Of a stretch of 64,000 nucleotides of DNA, positions 28,324 through 36,871 are shown piece by piece (the first letter of the stretch is position 1; every line of letters begins with the position of its first letter). The position numbers and the translations under genes are program-made. The DNA is from Bacteroidia bacterium. GTDB taxonomy: Bacteria; Bacteroidota; Bacteroidia; UKL13-3. Under the pieces are notes generated by a model. It searched no databases, was not told the origin of the DNA, and worked only from the letters and a program-made list of their open reading frames with translations. Location of the stretch: NCBI GenBank assembly GCA_018058135.1, contig JAGPCK010000001.1, positions 60,617-124,616 of the forward strand. The letters run 5' to 3'.

Positions 28324-30498
28324 TTAGTGCTGAATAAGTAATTTTCCTGCTGTTGTTCCTTCTGCTGTAGTGAGACGATAAACATACAAACCCTCGCGTA
28401 AAAAGGATACATCAAACAAGGGCTGAGGATTGGTTTGCTGCAACACCACTCTTCCCTGCAGGTCAACCAATTGCATGGTTACTGCACCTTCAGATACCAA
28501 CTGAAAAGATACGGAAGTATTGGCCGGGTTAGGATAAGCGGTAGTGTGAAAAACAAAGGGGGTATTTTTTTCTTCCACACCCACCTGCAAACTGTTGCGG
28601 TATAAACCATTGTTTTCTGTTGCTACAAAAAGGTATTGGCTATTGGCCAAAAACCGATTAATAGCCGCTCCGGCACCCGGAGGATTGTCGACAAACACCC
28701 AACTGTAACCTGTATTGCTGGAAACATATACACCGCGGTTGGTGAGTGCAAAAAATCTGTTACCTATTTTATCTACTGTGTACAAACGTGGTTGCTCCGG
28801 CAGGTTTTGGCCTTTACCACCCACCCAAGAGCCTTCATCAAAATATTTTAAAGAGTCATTAACATTACGAACCACCGCCACAAAAAATGAATCACCGGCC
28901 AATATTTTCATTACCGTTGAACCTACCACATTCGGAATACCTGAGTTAACTTCGGTGTAAGTATCTCCGTTGTCTTTAGAGATGTAAATTTTACTCAGCT
29001 TAAACGCATCCATACCCAAAGCCATAACCGTGTCTCTTGCCCCTACAATACTTTGCAGCACTCCGCTACCCTGTGTAAATACGGTAGGCAAATTGGAGTT
29101 TACGTTTACAAACGTGTCCCCATGATTTATTGAGCGGTATACAAACAAGTTGCTGCCAGTGCGGTTACGAATAAAAATGGTGGAATCGGCAGCTCCTATA
29201 AAATCAAAACTCTCCACACCCGTTGGCAGATTACAACGTTGCCAGTTCAATCCTCCGTTGGCTGAACGGTAGAGTTTCATGCTATCGCCAATGTGCAAAC
29301 GAAGTGAAGCATAAATATGAGTAGAGGATTGATTTAATGATTCCGTAAAAATAAACGGACTGTCAATACCTGCATTTGATGGTGACCAGTTCAATCCGTT
29401 ATCCGTAGAACGCAACACACCCTGATAACCTAATGCCGTGAGTAATGAACTGCCTACTCCAATGGTTTGTGAAGAACGGCTGGCATACATACCGCTGGCC
29501 CGTTTGCCCCAGTTTAATCCGCCATTGTCACTGAAATAATTCTCGTAATAGTACGTAGCCATCAGGTTAGTCCCGCCCATCCAAACAGCTTTTTGCAGCA
29601 GCGGATATTTTACTCCGAACGGGGCCGGCATCTTCAACCATGATTTTCCTTTATCATACGTAATAAACAGTTCAGGGTTAAAATGCGGAGTATAGTCAAC
29701 TCCACACACAATTAATTTGCCGTCAAAATAATAAAGTCCGTACAACTCACGCTGCGGAGAGATGGTATTGCAGGAATCTTCCCACTGCAATGTAGTGAGG
29801 TTGAGCCTGCGGATATTGCTGTAGTTAATAATGGCATATATGTAATTGGAAGATGCTGCACTATCACCACACAGGTTGTCAATGATATGTCCGTTGGGCA
29901 GATTGTTGGTGGTGTTCATGGTATTAAACAACAACCCGTCAGTAGTGTAATAGAGAGTGTCTGCACGGTCAATATAGATTCTATCGTTTTTAATTTTGTA
30001 TATATGCGGACGTTTGGTAAATGTATGTCCCCCATTCTGCCAGGTTTTACCGTAATCAAACGAGCGGTACATTTTCCATTCATTAGAAAAAGACTTGGCT
30101 GTAACCACTACATAATTTCCCAATGTTACTACCCGGTCAATATATTGCCTTACTCCACCAGGATCAGTACAGGCTGTCCAGGATTGTCCACCGTCACTTG
30201 ATTTGGCCAAACCATACACGGTAGCGGCAAAAATAGTATCGTTAAGCACCGCCAGCCCGTTAATCTCCACAGCATTGTTTTGAGCAATGTTGTTATTCAT
30301 GTTTACCCAACTTATACCGTTATTGGTAGTTTTGAAAACACCACCACGTGAACCGGCATATACGGTATTGTTATGATACAGATAATCACGAACGTCTCCG
30401 CCTTCCAGTTCTGTAGCCAATAGTTGAGTCCAGTTGCTGAACTGGGCATGGACCGAAAAAAGAGTGAACGCGAGTAAAAAAGTAAGTGTAAATCTCAT
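28324..30498 (-). CDS. BNR/Asp-box repeat (sortilin/Vps10-like) beta-propeller protein with T9SS type A C-terminal sorting domain
   Basis: ATG at 30498 gives MRFTLTFLLAFTLFSVHAQ. Repeated SxDxGxTW boxes: SSDGGQSW, SFDYGKTW, TYDKGKSW, SDNGGLNW, STDNGLNW, SANGGLNW, SINHGDTF, SKDNGDTY. C-terminus YPNPANTSVSFQL...GLYVYRLTT. Confidence 0.8.
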   Translation of the reverse strand: MRFTLTFLLAFTLFSVHAQFSNWTQLLATELEGGDVRDYLYHNNTVYAGSRGGVFKTTNNGISWVNMNNNIAQNNAVEINGLAVLNDTIFAATVYGLAKSSDGGQSWTACTDPGGVRQYIDRVVTLGNYVVVTAKSFSNEWKMYRSFDYGKTWQNGGHTFTKRPHIYKIKNDRIYIDRADTLYYTTDGLLFNTMNTTNNLPNGHIIDNLCGDSAASSNYIYAIINYSNIRRLNLTTLQWEDSCNTISPQRELYGLYYFDGKLIVCGVDYTPHFNPELFITYDKGKSWLKMPAPFGVKYPLLQKAVWMGGTNLMATYYYENYFSDNGGLNWGKRASGMYASRSSQTIGVGSSLLTALGYQGVLRSTDNGLNWSPSNAGIDSPFIFTESLNQSSTHIYASLRLHIGDSMKLYRSANGGLNWQRCNLPTGVESFDFIGAADSTIFIRNRTGSNLFVYRSINHGDTFVNVNSNLPTVFTQGSGVLQSIVGARDTVMALGMDAFKLSKIYISKDNGDTYTEVNSGIPNVVGSTVMKILAGDSFFVAVVRNVNDSLKYFDEGSWVGGKGQNLPEQPRLYTVDKIGNRFFALTNRGVYVSSNTGYSWVFVDNPPGAGAAINRFLANSQYLFVATENNGLYRNSLQVGVEEKNTPFVFHTTAYPNPANTSVSFQLVSEGAVTMQLVDLQGRVVLQQTNPQPLFDVSFLREGLYVYRLTTAEGTTAGKLLIQH

Positions 30499-30692
30499 GG
30501 GCGTGGTTTCAATTGGCAACGAAATTAGGGGGGCTAAGCGGCAAAAAATAAAAACTGAGCGAAAATGATGATAAAAATCAATGCCATCAATGACAATAAT
30601 CAGCCCCTATCTGCTTAAATTTAACCATATTTGTATGGTTTTACTTTAAATTAACAACCGCCTCTTTTATTTGAAACATAAATAGTGTTGCC

Positions 30693-31523
30693 ATGATTAA
30701 GAAAATACTTGTACCTACTGATTTCTCTGCTTGTGCTGAAAATGCAGCAAAGTTTGCCGGTAAACTGGCTGAACAGTTTAAAGCTGAAGTAACCCTGTAC
30801 CACATTTACGCTATCCCTGTAGTAGATCCTGTGGTGCCTTCAGGCAGCATGGAGTTGTACCTGAAAGAAACAGAACTGGCTGCCAAAGCCGGATTAAAAA
30901 AATCCATTGATAAATTCCAAAAAGCTTTTCCTGCTGTGGTGGTGAAAGGCAAAACCAAAACCGGATTTGCTATTCAGGAAATCATCGGCCACGCTAAAAA
31001 ATCAAGCATTGATTTGATTGTGATGGGTACCACCGGAGCCAGTGGCTTTGAAGAGTTACTGGTAGGCAGCAATACCGCCAGTATATTGGAAAAAGCTGAT
31101 TGCCCTGTGTTAGCTGTACCTGCCAAATCTAAATTCAGTGATATCAAAAACATTCTTTACACCACTGATTTAACCATGCCGGAAAGCAGAACTTTCTCCC
31201 GACTGCTGGAACTGGGTAAAGCTTTTAGTGCCACCATTACGGTGTTGCATGTAAAAAGCGAAATGGACCGCTACTTTAAACTGAGTGATATACGCTTCGA
31301 AAATTACGGCAAAATGGCCGGTTACAACAAGGTGAAGTACGATGAAATAAGCAGCGAGAAGGTTTTTGATGCCATTAACCGCTACATCGCCAAAGGCAAT
31401 TTTGATGTGGTGGCCATGGCTACTCACTCACGTGGCTTTTTTGATAAACTGTTCCACCGCAGTTTAACCAAACGCATGGCTTACCATACTAAAATTCCGT
31501 TATTGAGCTTTAAGAAAGACTAA
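30693..31523 (+). CDS. Universal stress protein, tandem UspA domains
   Basis: MIKKILVPTDFSACAENAAKFAGKLA.. followed by a second ..ILYTTDLTMPESRTFS..LHV unit. 276 aa. Confidence 0.8.
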   Translation: MIKKILVPTDFSACAENAAKFAGKLAEQFKAEVTLYHIYAIPVVDPVVPSGSMELYLKETELAAKAGLKKSIDKFQKAFPAVVVKGKTKTGFAIQEIIGHAKKSSIDLIVMGTTGASGFEELLVGSNTASILEKADCPVLAVPAKSKFSDIKNILYTTDLTMPESRTFSRLLELGKAFSATITVLHVKSEMDRYFKLSDIRFENYGKMAGYNKVKYDEISSEKVFDAINRYIAKGNFDVVAMATHSRGFFDKLFHRSLTKRMAYHTKIPLLSFKKD

Positions 31524-31636
31524 GTTTTAAGCTAAAACTGTCAGATTTTCTTCAGGTTAAATTATTTTTAAAAATAATTTGTTTTAATCTCAAAAGCTCC
31601 TTTACTTCGTATTGCAGACAGATAGGTTTTTCATAG

Positions 31637-31672
31637 TTTACCCCGGGAAGCGAAAGCATTCCGGGGTTTTTC
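31637..31672 (+). terminator. Rho-independent terminator downstream of usp
   Basis: ccccgg-gaagcgaaagcatt-ccgggg hairpin followed by tttttctttg. Confidence 0.6.
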
Positions 31673-31745
31673 TTTGTATAAAATATCGGGTGTTTTAAGT
31701 GTTGAGCAATGTAATGACCTGCACAGAAGCAGTAATGTGGCTCAT

Positions 31746-32105
31746 TTATTTTTTTGCATAAGGAACAAACACAAAGCTTGCCCCATCTGTAGTTACCCAA
31801 AAAACGCAGGCTTGTTTTTGCGGGTCTTTGTAGGCTTTTTCAAATGCTTCGCGCTTGTGTTCATGAATCACTTTTTTCTCTACCAGCTCTTCTAAAACAG
31901 TTGCATTAAATGTCCAGGTACGTTGGTATTCTTCTTTATCAAATAACACCTCGCCTATTTTTACTTCATGTTGGTGGGCAACAAATACGGGGTACTGCGA
32001 AAAACCCTCGTTTATCACATCGGTCACTACCTCCTTCATCTGCTCGCTGAAAAACTGCACATCAGCTTTCAGGCTGTTGAGTTCTTTTTCAAATGCATCG
32101 TTCAT
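31746..32105 (-). CDS. Hypothetical cytoplasmic protein
   Basis: 119-aa ORF with an ATG start, translationally coupled to rlmD through an ATGA overlap. No domain recognised. Confidence 0.5.
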   Translation of the reverse strand: MNDAFEKELNSLKADVQFFSEQMKEVVTDVINEGFSQYPVFVAHQHEVKIGEVLFDKEEYQRTWTFNATVLEELVEKKVIHEHKREAFEKAYKDPQKQACVFWVTTDGASFVFVPYAKK

Positions 32106-33508
32106 ATTTTTTCCAATAAAGCAATATTTTCCACGTGGTGTGTATGGGGGAACATATCAACAGGCTGTACGTATGTAACCCTGTACTTCTCCTGCATCAG
32201 GGCAATGTCGCGGGCTTGCGTGGCGGGGTTACAACTCACATACACTATGCGTTGGGGAGCAATTTCAAGTATCTTTTTCACTACATCTTCATGCATGCCT
32301 GCACGTGGCGGATCAGTAACTATTACATCGGGTTTTCCTTGCTCAGCTATAAAGGCATCATTAAGTACATCCTTCATATCCCCTGAAAAAAAAGACACAT
32401 TGTTCAACTGATTAATAGCCGCATTTCTTTTCGCATCGTCAATGGCCTGTGCAACATATTCAATGCCTACTACTTTTGCTGCTTTCTTAGCCAGAAATGA
32501 AGCAATGCTGCCCACACCGGTATATAAATCATACACTAACTCCGTACCGTTTAATGCAGCCAGTTCGCGTGTTTTGCGATACAGCTCCAGTGTTTGTAAG
32601 GCATTTGTTTGAAAAAATGATTTAGGCCCGATGATAAATTTCAAATCTTCCAACTCTTCTACCAAATGGTCTTCTCCGGCATAACACATAATATCCAAAT
32701 CATAAATAGAATCGTTGCGTTTGTTATTGATGGTGTACAACCAGCTTTTCACCTGAGGGAACTGCGGCATAATGGCCTCAAACAACTCTTTTATACCGGC
32801 CTCATCGTATGAGGTAACAGCCAGCATTACCATCCACTCTCCTTTGCGGTTATTTCGTAATAACAATTGACGCAACCAACCTTCTTGTGCACGAAGTTTA
32901 AAGAAAGGAAGACCTTTTTCAGCACCGTATGTTTTAAATGCTTTCCGAATGTTATTGCCCAAATCATCCTGCAGGTAACAGGTATCCAAATCAATTACTT
33001 TATCCCAGCGACCCGGAACGTGAAAGCCCAGTCCGGCATGTTCTGCTTCAGAAAGTTCATCTTTATTCTCTAACGTAGTGAGCCATTTACGGTCAGTAAA
33101 AGCATACTCCATTTTATTGCGGTAAAACGTAACATGAGACGAGCCCATAATAGGCTGCAAAAGTGGAAAAGGAAATTTACCTATGCGTTCAAAAGCGTCT
33201 TGTACTTGTTGCTGTTTGTATTTAAGCTGAGTAGGGTAAGCCATGTTTTGCCACTTGCAACCACCACACACACCGAAGTGGGCACAAAAAGCATCAATAC
33301 GCTCAGGTGAAGGCTCCAGCAAACGATCAATGCAGGCCGTCATGTAACTGCTCTTTACCTGTGTAATGCGCACATCGGCCACATCACCCGGAACGGCATA
33401 CTCTACAAAAACTACTTTGTTGTTGTAGCGTGCTACACATTTCCCCTCGGCCCCTGCATTTTCAATGTGCAAAGCCGGAATGTGACGAATAAGATTTTTT
33501 TTACCCAT
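32102..33508 (-). CDS. rlmD: 23S rRNA (uracil-5-)-methyltransferase RlmD/RumA (TRAM domain, 4Fe-4S cluster, SAM-dependent methyltransferase)
   Basis: ..GKCVARYNNKVVFVEYAVPGDVADVRI (TRAM domain), CAHFGVCGGCKWQ (iron-sulfur cluster), and a C-terminal methyltransferase fold ..DLYTGVGSIASFLA..PPRAG. Start placed at MGKK (33508); an alternative ATG lies at 33544. Confidence 0.85.
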   Translation of the reverse strand: MGKKNLIRHIPALHIENAGAEGKCVARYNNKVVFVEYAVPGDVADVRITQVKSSYMTACIDRLLEPSPERIDAFCAHFGVCGGCKWQNMAYPTQLKYKQQQVQDAFERIGKFPFPLLQPIMGSSHVTFYRNKMEYAFTDRKWLTTLENKDELSEAEHAGLGFHVPGRWDKVIDLDTCYLQDDLGNNIRKAFKTYGAEKGLPFFKLRAQEGWLRQLLLRNNRKGEWMVMLAVTSYDEAGIKELFEAIMPQFPQVKSWLYTINNKRNDSIYDLDIMCYAGEDHLVEELEDLKFIIGPKSFFQTNALQTLELYRKTRELAALNGTELVYDLYTGVGSIASFLAKKAAKVVGIEYVAQAIDDAKRNAAINQLNNVSFFSGDMKDVLNDAFIAEQGKPDVIVTDPPRAGMHEDVVKKILEIAPQRIVYVSCNPATQARDIALMQEKYRVTYVQPVDMFPHTHHVENIALLEKI

Positions 33509-33564
33509 AAATTCAAGAGGGCGAAAATAGATAAATTCCCGCATTTGCTTTACTTCGCAGTGTA

Positions 33565-34209
33565 TTGAAACCGTATATCCTGATATTCATCTTTTTTATT
33601 ACCTGCGGGGCTTTTGCACAAAATCAGCCTCCGGTTTTTGTACAACCCAATTACACGGATACAGCATTGGAGGCAGAACTGGATACCTGCCTCAGTATTG
33701 TTATTGATGCACCCGAGGTTGGCGACAGCGTAATATTCTGGATAGAAGGAGAACTGGTGAACAAAGACAGTAATGCCTTCATTCCTTTAAATATTGACCG
33801 TTCGACAGGTACACTAACTACTCAACTCTGTTTAAAAAATGTGTGCCGTAAGGTGCGTGGCGAACCATACGCATTTAAGTTGTTTGCCCGTGACTCCTCT
33901 TTTGACACCAGTGTTTATACGCTAAACATTTATCTAACCAACAGCCTTTCGCAGGAAATGCGCAAATTACCCAATGTGTTTACACCCAACGGTGATGGCA
34001 TAAACGATGAATTTAAACTGATAGATTCCAAAGCACAATGCGCCAACCTGTTTAGTATAACCGTGTTTAACCGGTGGGGGCAAAAGGTGTACGAAAACAA
34101 TCGGGTAAGTTTTAGCTGGGATGGCGGAAAAAGCCCTGACGGAGTGTATTTTTATATTATAGAAGCAGGCGGTGACGGGGTAAACGGAATACTGAACTTA
34201 ATTAGGTGA
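33565..34209 (+). CDS. Small secreted protein with T9SS type B (gliding-motility-associated, CHU_C-like) C-terminal domain
   Basis: Signal KPYILIFIFFITCGAFAQ. C-terminal region LPNVFTPNGDGINDEFKL...FNRWGQKVYE...DGVYFYIIEA matches the type B sorting domain. Only a TTG start is available. The 3' end overlaps the convergent thioredoxin gene by 12 bp. Confidence 0.7.
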   Translation: MKPYILIFIFFITCGAFAQNQPPVFVQPNYTDTALEAELDTCLSIVIDAPEVGDSVIFWIEGELVNKDSNAFIPLNIDRSTGTLTTQLCLKNVCRKVRGEPYAFKLFARDSSFDTSVYTLNIYLTNSLSQEMRKLPNVFTPNGDGINDEFKLIDSKAQCANLFSITVFNRWGQKVYENNRVSFSWDGGKSPDGVYFYIIEAGGDGVNGILNLIR

Positions 34210-34668
34210 CTTTGACTCCTGAATAATGGAGTTAAGCAACTGCATAAAATCTTCCGGCTTTAGGTACCCGGGTTGAACAATTAACCTGTTTTTTACTGTA
34301 ATAATAAAGTAGGTGGTAGGATAACCATATCGTTGGTTGTTGGAAATCATCATGTGCAACTCCACTCCGCTGTAGGTTTGTCCGTTGAGTTCATACTTTA
34401 TATTAGGTATCTCAGGATTGAACTTGATGGGTACAAAATATTTATTCAGCGTTTTTACCACCTCAGGATTAGTGTAGGTATCACGGTCCATTTTTTTGCA
34501 CCAGCCGCACCATTCCGTGTAGGCATCAATGAGTGCAATCTTCTTTTCGCTCACCGCTTTGGGGTAACCATCGTTCCAGGTTTCCCATTTAAGTGATTCT
34601 GCCTGTGGTGTTTGCGAAAGGGCAAACAACGGTAATGCCAGCAATACCGATACAATTAATTTTTGCAT
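34198..34668 (-). CDS. Thioredoxin-fold protein (secreted thiol:disulfide oxidoreductase-like)
   Basis: Signal MQKLIVSVLLALPLFALSQ and the WCGWCKKMD CxxC motif. Confidence 0.75.
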   Translation of the reverse strand: MQKLIVSVLLALPLFALSQTPQAESLKWETWNDGYPKAVSEKKIALIDAYTEWCGWCKKMDRDTYTNPEVVKTLNKYFVPIKFNPEIPNIKYELNGQTYSGVELHMMISNNQRYGYPTTYFIITVKNRLIVQPGYLKPEDFMQLLNSIIQESKSPN

Positions 34669-34815
34669 GTCAGGTTTGTTTCAAAAACTATTCCAATGCG
34701 CAATATAAAAGAATAGGGCATATATTTCACATGGAAAAAGCGCCAGGCAAACTGATATGGAACAAAGGAAAGACTTACTTTTAAAACAAATGCACCAACA
34801 GCCCTGAAAGGGCGC

Positions 34816-34858
34816 CCTACCCATGCGAGGGGTGATAGCCCCTCGGCACGGAAGACAA
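34816..34858 (+). repeat. R1 hairpin repeat, copy 1 (ccctacccatgcgaggggtgatagcccctcggcacggaagacaa)
   Basis: Nearly identical to 36267..36310. Contains the perfect stem cgagggg / cccctcg. Confidence 0.75.
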
Positions 34859-34955
34859 ATAATAAGTGGAGTGTAACAGCAGGTTCTCGTACTTACGACA
34901 CATAGCTTGTCGCTAATGTATAAATTTATCTTTAAATTGTCAATAACGAGAAGAA

Positions 34956-34988
34956 CGGCACAAGCTACAAGCTCGCGCCAGCGAGGGG
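34956..34988 (+). repeat. R2 hairpin repeat, copy 1 (cggcacaagctacaagctcgcgccagcgagggg)
   Basis: Nearly identical to 35499..35528. Stem ctcgc/gcgag. Ends 8 bp from the stop codon of the 34996..35430 gene. Confidence 0.75.
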
Positions 34989-34995
34989 AAGGCTG

Positions 34996-35430
34996 CTACT
35001 CAACGGTAAAATAATAATTTGAATAAATTACTTTCCATTGAGATCCAACTATTGTTACAGCTAACATCTTATATCCACTTTGAATTGGCATTTCAAAACA
35101 AGTACTTCTAGTTAAATTAATAATTTTCAATTTATCTCCTCTTTTTCTTCTTTTTAGTATTAAGGATTGTTTAGTATGCCCATTGTCACTGCTTTTTAAT
35201 ACTAATGTTTTTACTAACTTTTTATTTTGATATACTAAAACACTATCTCCTTTAAATCCATTAAAGAAGCTTATTAATATTTGATTAGAATCTATCCCAA
35301 CAATTTCCCTTCTTTTTTCACCTTGCCTTAGTTTAATGAATTCTGGTACAATTTCACATGAAATTGTTTGTGAAAATATATGGCAATTTGTAAAGACAAA
35401 AAATACTAGAAATATCAAACGTATAAGCAT
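34996..35430 (-). CDS. Hypothetical small secreted protein, very AT-rich
   Basis: ATG start and signal peptide MLIRLIFLVFFVFTNCHIFSQ. 144 aa. No recognised domain. Confidence 0.55.
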   Translation of the reverse strand: MLIRLIFLVFFVFTNCHIFSQTISCEIVPEFIKLRQGEKRREIVGIDSNQILISFFNGFKGDSVLVYQNKKLVKTLVLKSSDNGHTKQSLILKRRKRGDKLKIINLTRSTCFEMPIQSGYKMLAVTIVGSQWKVIYSNYYFTVE

Positions 35431-35498
35431 ATTTTAATTATTATTCATCGAGACCAATTGTTTTAGTCATATGTAGAAGCTTATCAGGCGTGGAAGTA

Positions 35499-35528
35499 CG
35501 GCACGAGCTACAAGCTCGCGCCAGCGAG
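35499..35528 (+). repeat. R2 hairpin repeat, copy 2
   Basis: cggcacgagctacaagctcgcgccagcgag, ending 7 bp from the stop codon of the 35535..36098 gene. Confidence 0.75.
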
Positions 35529-35534
35529 AGCATG

Positions 35535-36098
35535 TTAAATTTCAAAATTTAATATGTATCGATTAGATTTTAAACATTTACATTTTATTCTTTTTCCCTT
35601 ACAATAAGAAATTTTTTGAGTTATCATTATTAATTCATTAATCGTCAAAGGATGCTTCGATCTTAAAATTGGTTTCAATAGATCAAAAGATTTTCCTAGC
35701 ACTATAGTTACCTCATTCACTCTTCTATTCCAATCCATTGGAATAAAAACGCTTATACCGCTGTATGAAGGGTGGAAAACTTCAATTTTAAATCCATTTA
35801 GTGATAAAGGAATTTTTATTACAGCAGTATCGATTGTAAAGAATTTCAAACAATTTGAATCTGTTATCACAGAAAAATTAACAAACTCAATCGGTTTAGA
35901 ATCCTCATCAACTACATTAATTTTAACCCATTGAATAGAAGAATCTGTTAATTGAGTGTGATTTGTATCAATTGAGTAAAAGTAATAACTAGGCCTATCA
36001 TTTAATCGCAATCTATACTCGTATTTATAAACATTAGTTTGGGCTATTAAACTATGAATAAAAGATAGAACAAATAATATAATGAATGTGTACCTCAT
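35535..36098 (-). CDS. Hypothetical small secreted protein, very AT-rich
   Basis: ATG start and signal MRYTFIILFVLSFIHSLIAQ. 187 aa. Confidence 0.55.
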   Translation of the reverse strand: MRYTFIILFVLSFIHSLIAQTNVYKYEYRLRLNDRPSYYFYSIDTNHTQLTDSSIQWVKINVVDEDSKPIEFVNFSVITDSNCLKFFTIDTAVIKIPLSLNGFKIEVFHPSYSGISVFIPMDWNRRVNEVTIVLGKSFDLLKPILRSKHPLTINELIMITQKISYCKGKRIKCKCLKSNRYILNFEI

Positions 36099-36266
36099 TG
36101 GGATAGATAATTAATTGCTTTTTGCCTTTCTTCTTGTGTTAGTCTATTAATGTCTCACCTGATACTCGTTTGCAATGAGTACCCTCTTTTTGTTTTGCGT
36201 TTGTAACTCTCCCTTCAGAAATTGCCATTTTACTCAAAAGTATGAAATTGTTTCCAAACCTTTGCT

Positions 36267-36310
36267 CCCTACCCATGCGAGGGGTGATAGCCCCTCGGTA
36301 AGGAAGACAA
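36267..36310 (+). repeat. R1 hairpin repeat, copy 2
   Basis: ccctacccatgcgaggggtgatagcccctcggtaaggaagacaa, located 7 bp upstream of the ATG at 36317. Confidence 0.75.
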
Positions 36311-36430
36311 TGAAAAATGAATAAAATAACTTCGCCATTAAACGAAAAAAACTGCCGATTAACAGGAAAAGACACCCATTACAAAGATGAACGCTATGTT
36401 AAACGAAGTAAAATATGCAACTTTACCTTC

Positions 36431-36796
36431 ATGAGCCAAACCAAAATACTAGTAGTTGATGACGAAATAATTTTACGGGAGTACCTTACAGAGCTTTTAG
36501 AGCTTGAAGGGTTTTCCACCCTTTCTGCAGGGAGCGCGGCTGAAGCTATAGGGCTATTGAAAAATAACCAATCCGCACTGGTAATTAGCGACTTATTTCT
36601 TGGCCAAAGCAGCGGTATGGAAATTTTGGAACACCTCAAACTTACACAAGCAAACACCCCCTGCTATATTATGTCGGCTGATTTAACGGAGGAAATTAGA
36701 GGAAAATGCATGCAGGCAGGTGCAAAGGGATTGATAAAAAAACCTTTTGATAACAGTGATATCATCTCTCTTATCAAAAATAATTTTTCAAAGTGA
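36431..36796 (+). CDS. Stand-alone response-regulator receiver (CheY-like) protein
   Basis: MSQTKILVVDDEIILREYL..ALVISDL..KKPF carries the conserved DD, the phospho-acceptor D and the K of REC domains. The track's ORF begins 38 codons earlier, at 36317 directly after repeat R1; which start is used is unresolved. Confidence 0.75.
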   Translation: MSQTKILVVDDEIILREYLTELLELEGFSTLSAGSAAEAIGLLKNNQSALVISDLFLGQSSGMEILEHLKLTQANTPCYIMSADLTEEIRGKCMQAGAKGLIKKPFDNSDIISLIKNNFSK

Positions 36797-36871
36797 GCTG
36801 AAACAGGCCTCTTTCTTTTACATATATTCATTAGGTTTTATATATTCGTAATCCTAAACACGTACTTCGTT

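Noticed and set aside
31552-31895. ORFs 31552..31800 (minus) and 31674..31895 (plus)
   Set aside because: They overlap the usp terminator hairpin and the well-supported 31746..32105 gene, are Cys- and His-rich, and have no support.
34790-34990. Possibility that the R1-R2 element is a tRNA, tmRNA, RNase P, SRP RNA or known riboswitch
   Set aside because: None of the conserved cores of those RNAs is present. No tRNA T-loop (GTTCRANYC) or acceptor structure was found. It stays as an uncharacterised repeat.
36139-36375. Minus-strand 78-aa ORF overlapping repeat R1 copy 2
   Set aside because: It reads through the GC-rich hairpin repeat, shows no signal or domain, and is likely a chance ORF.
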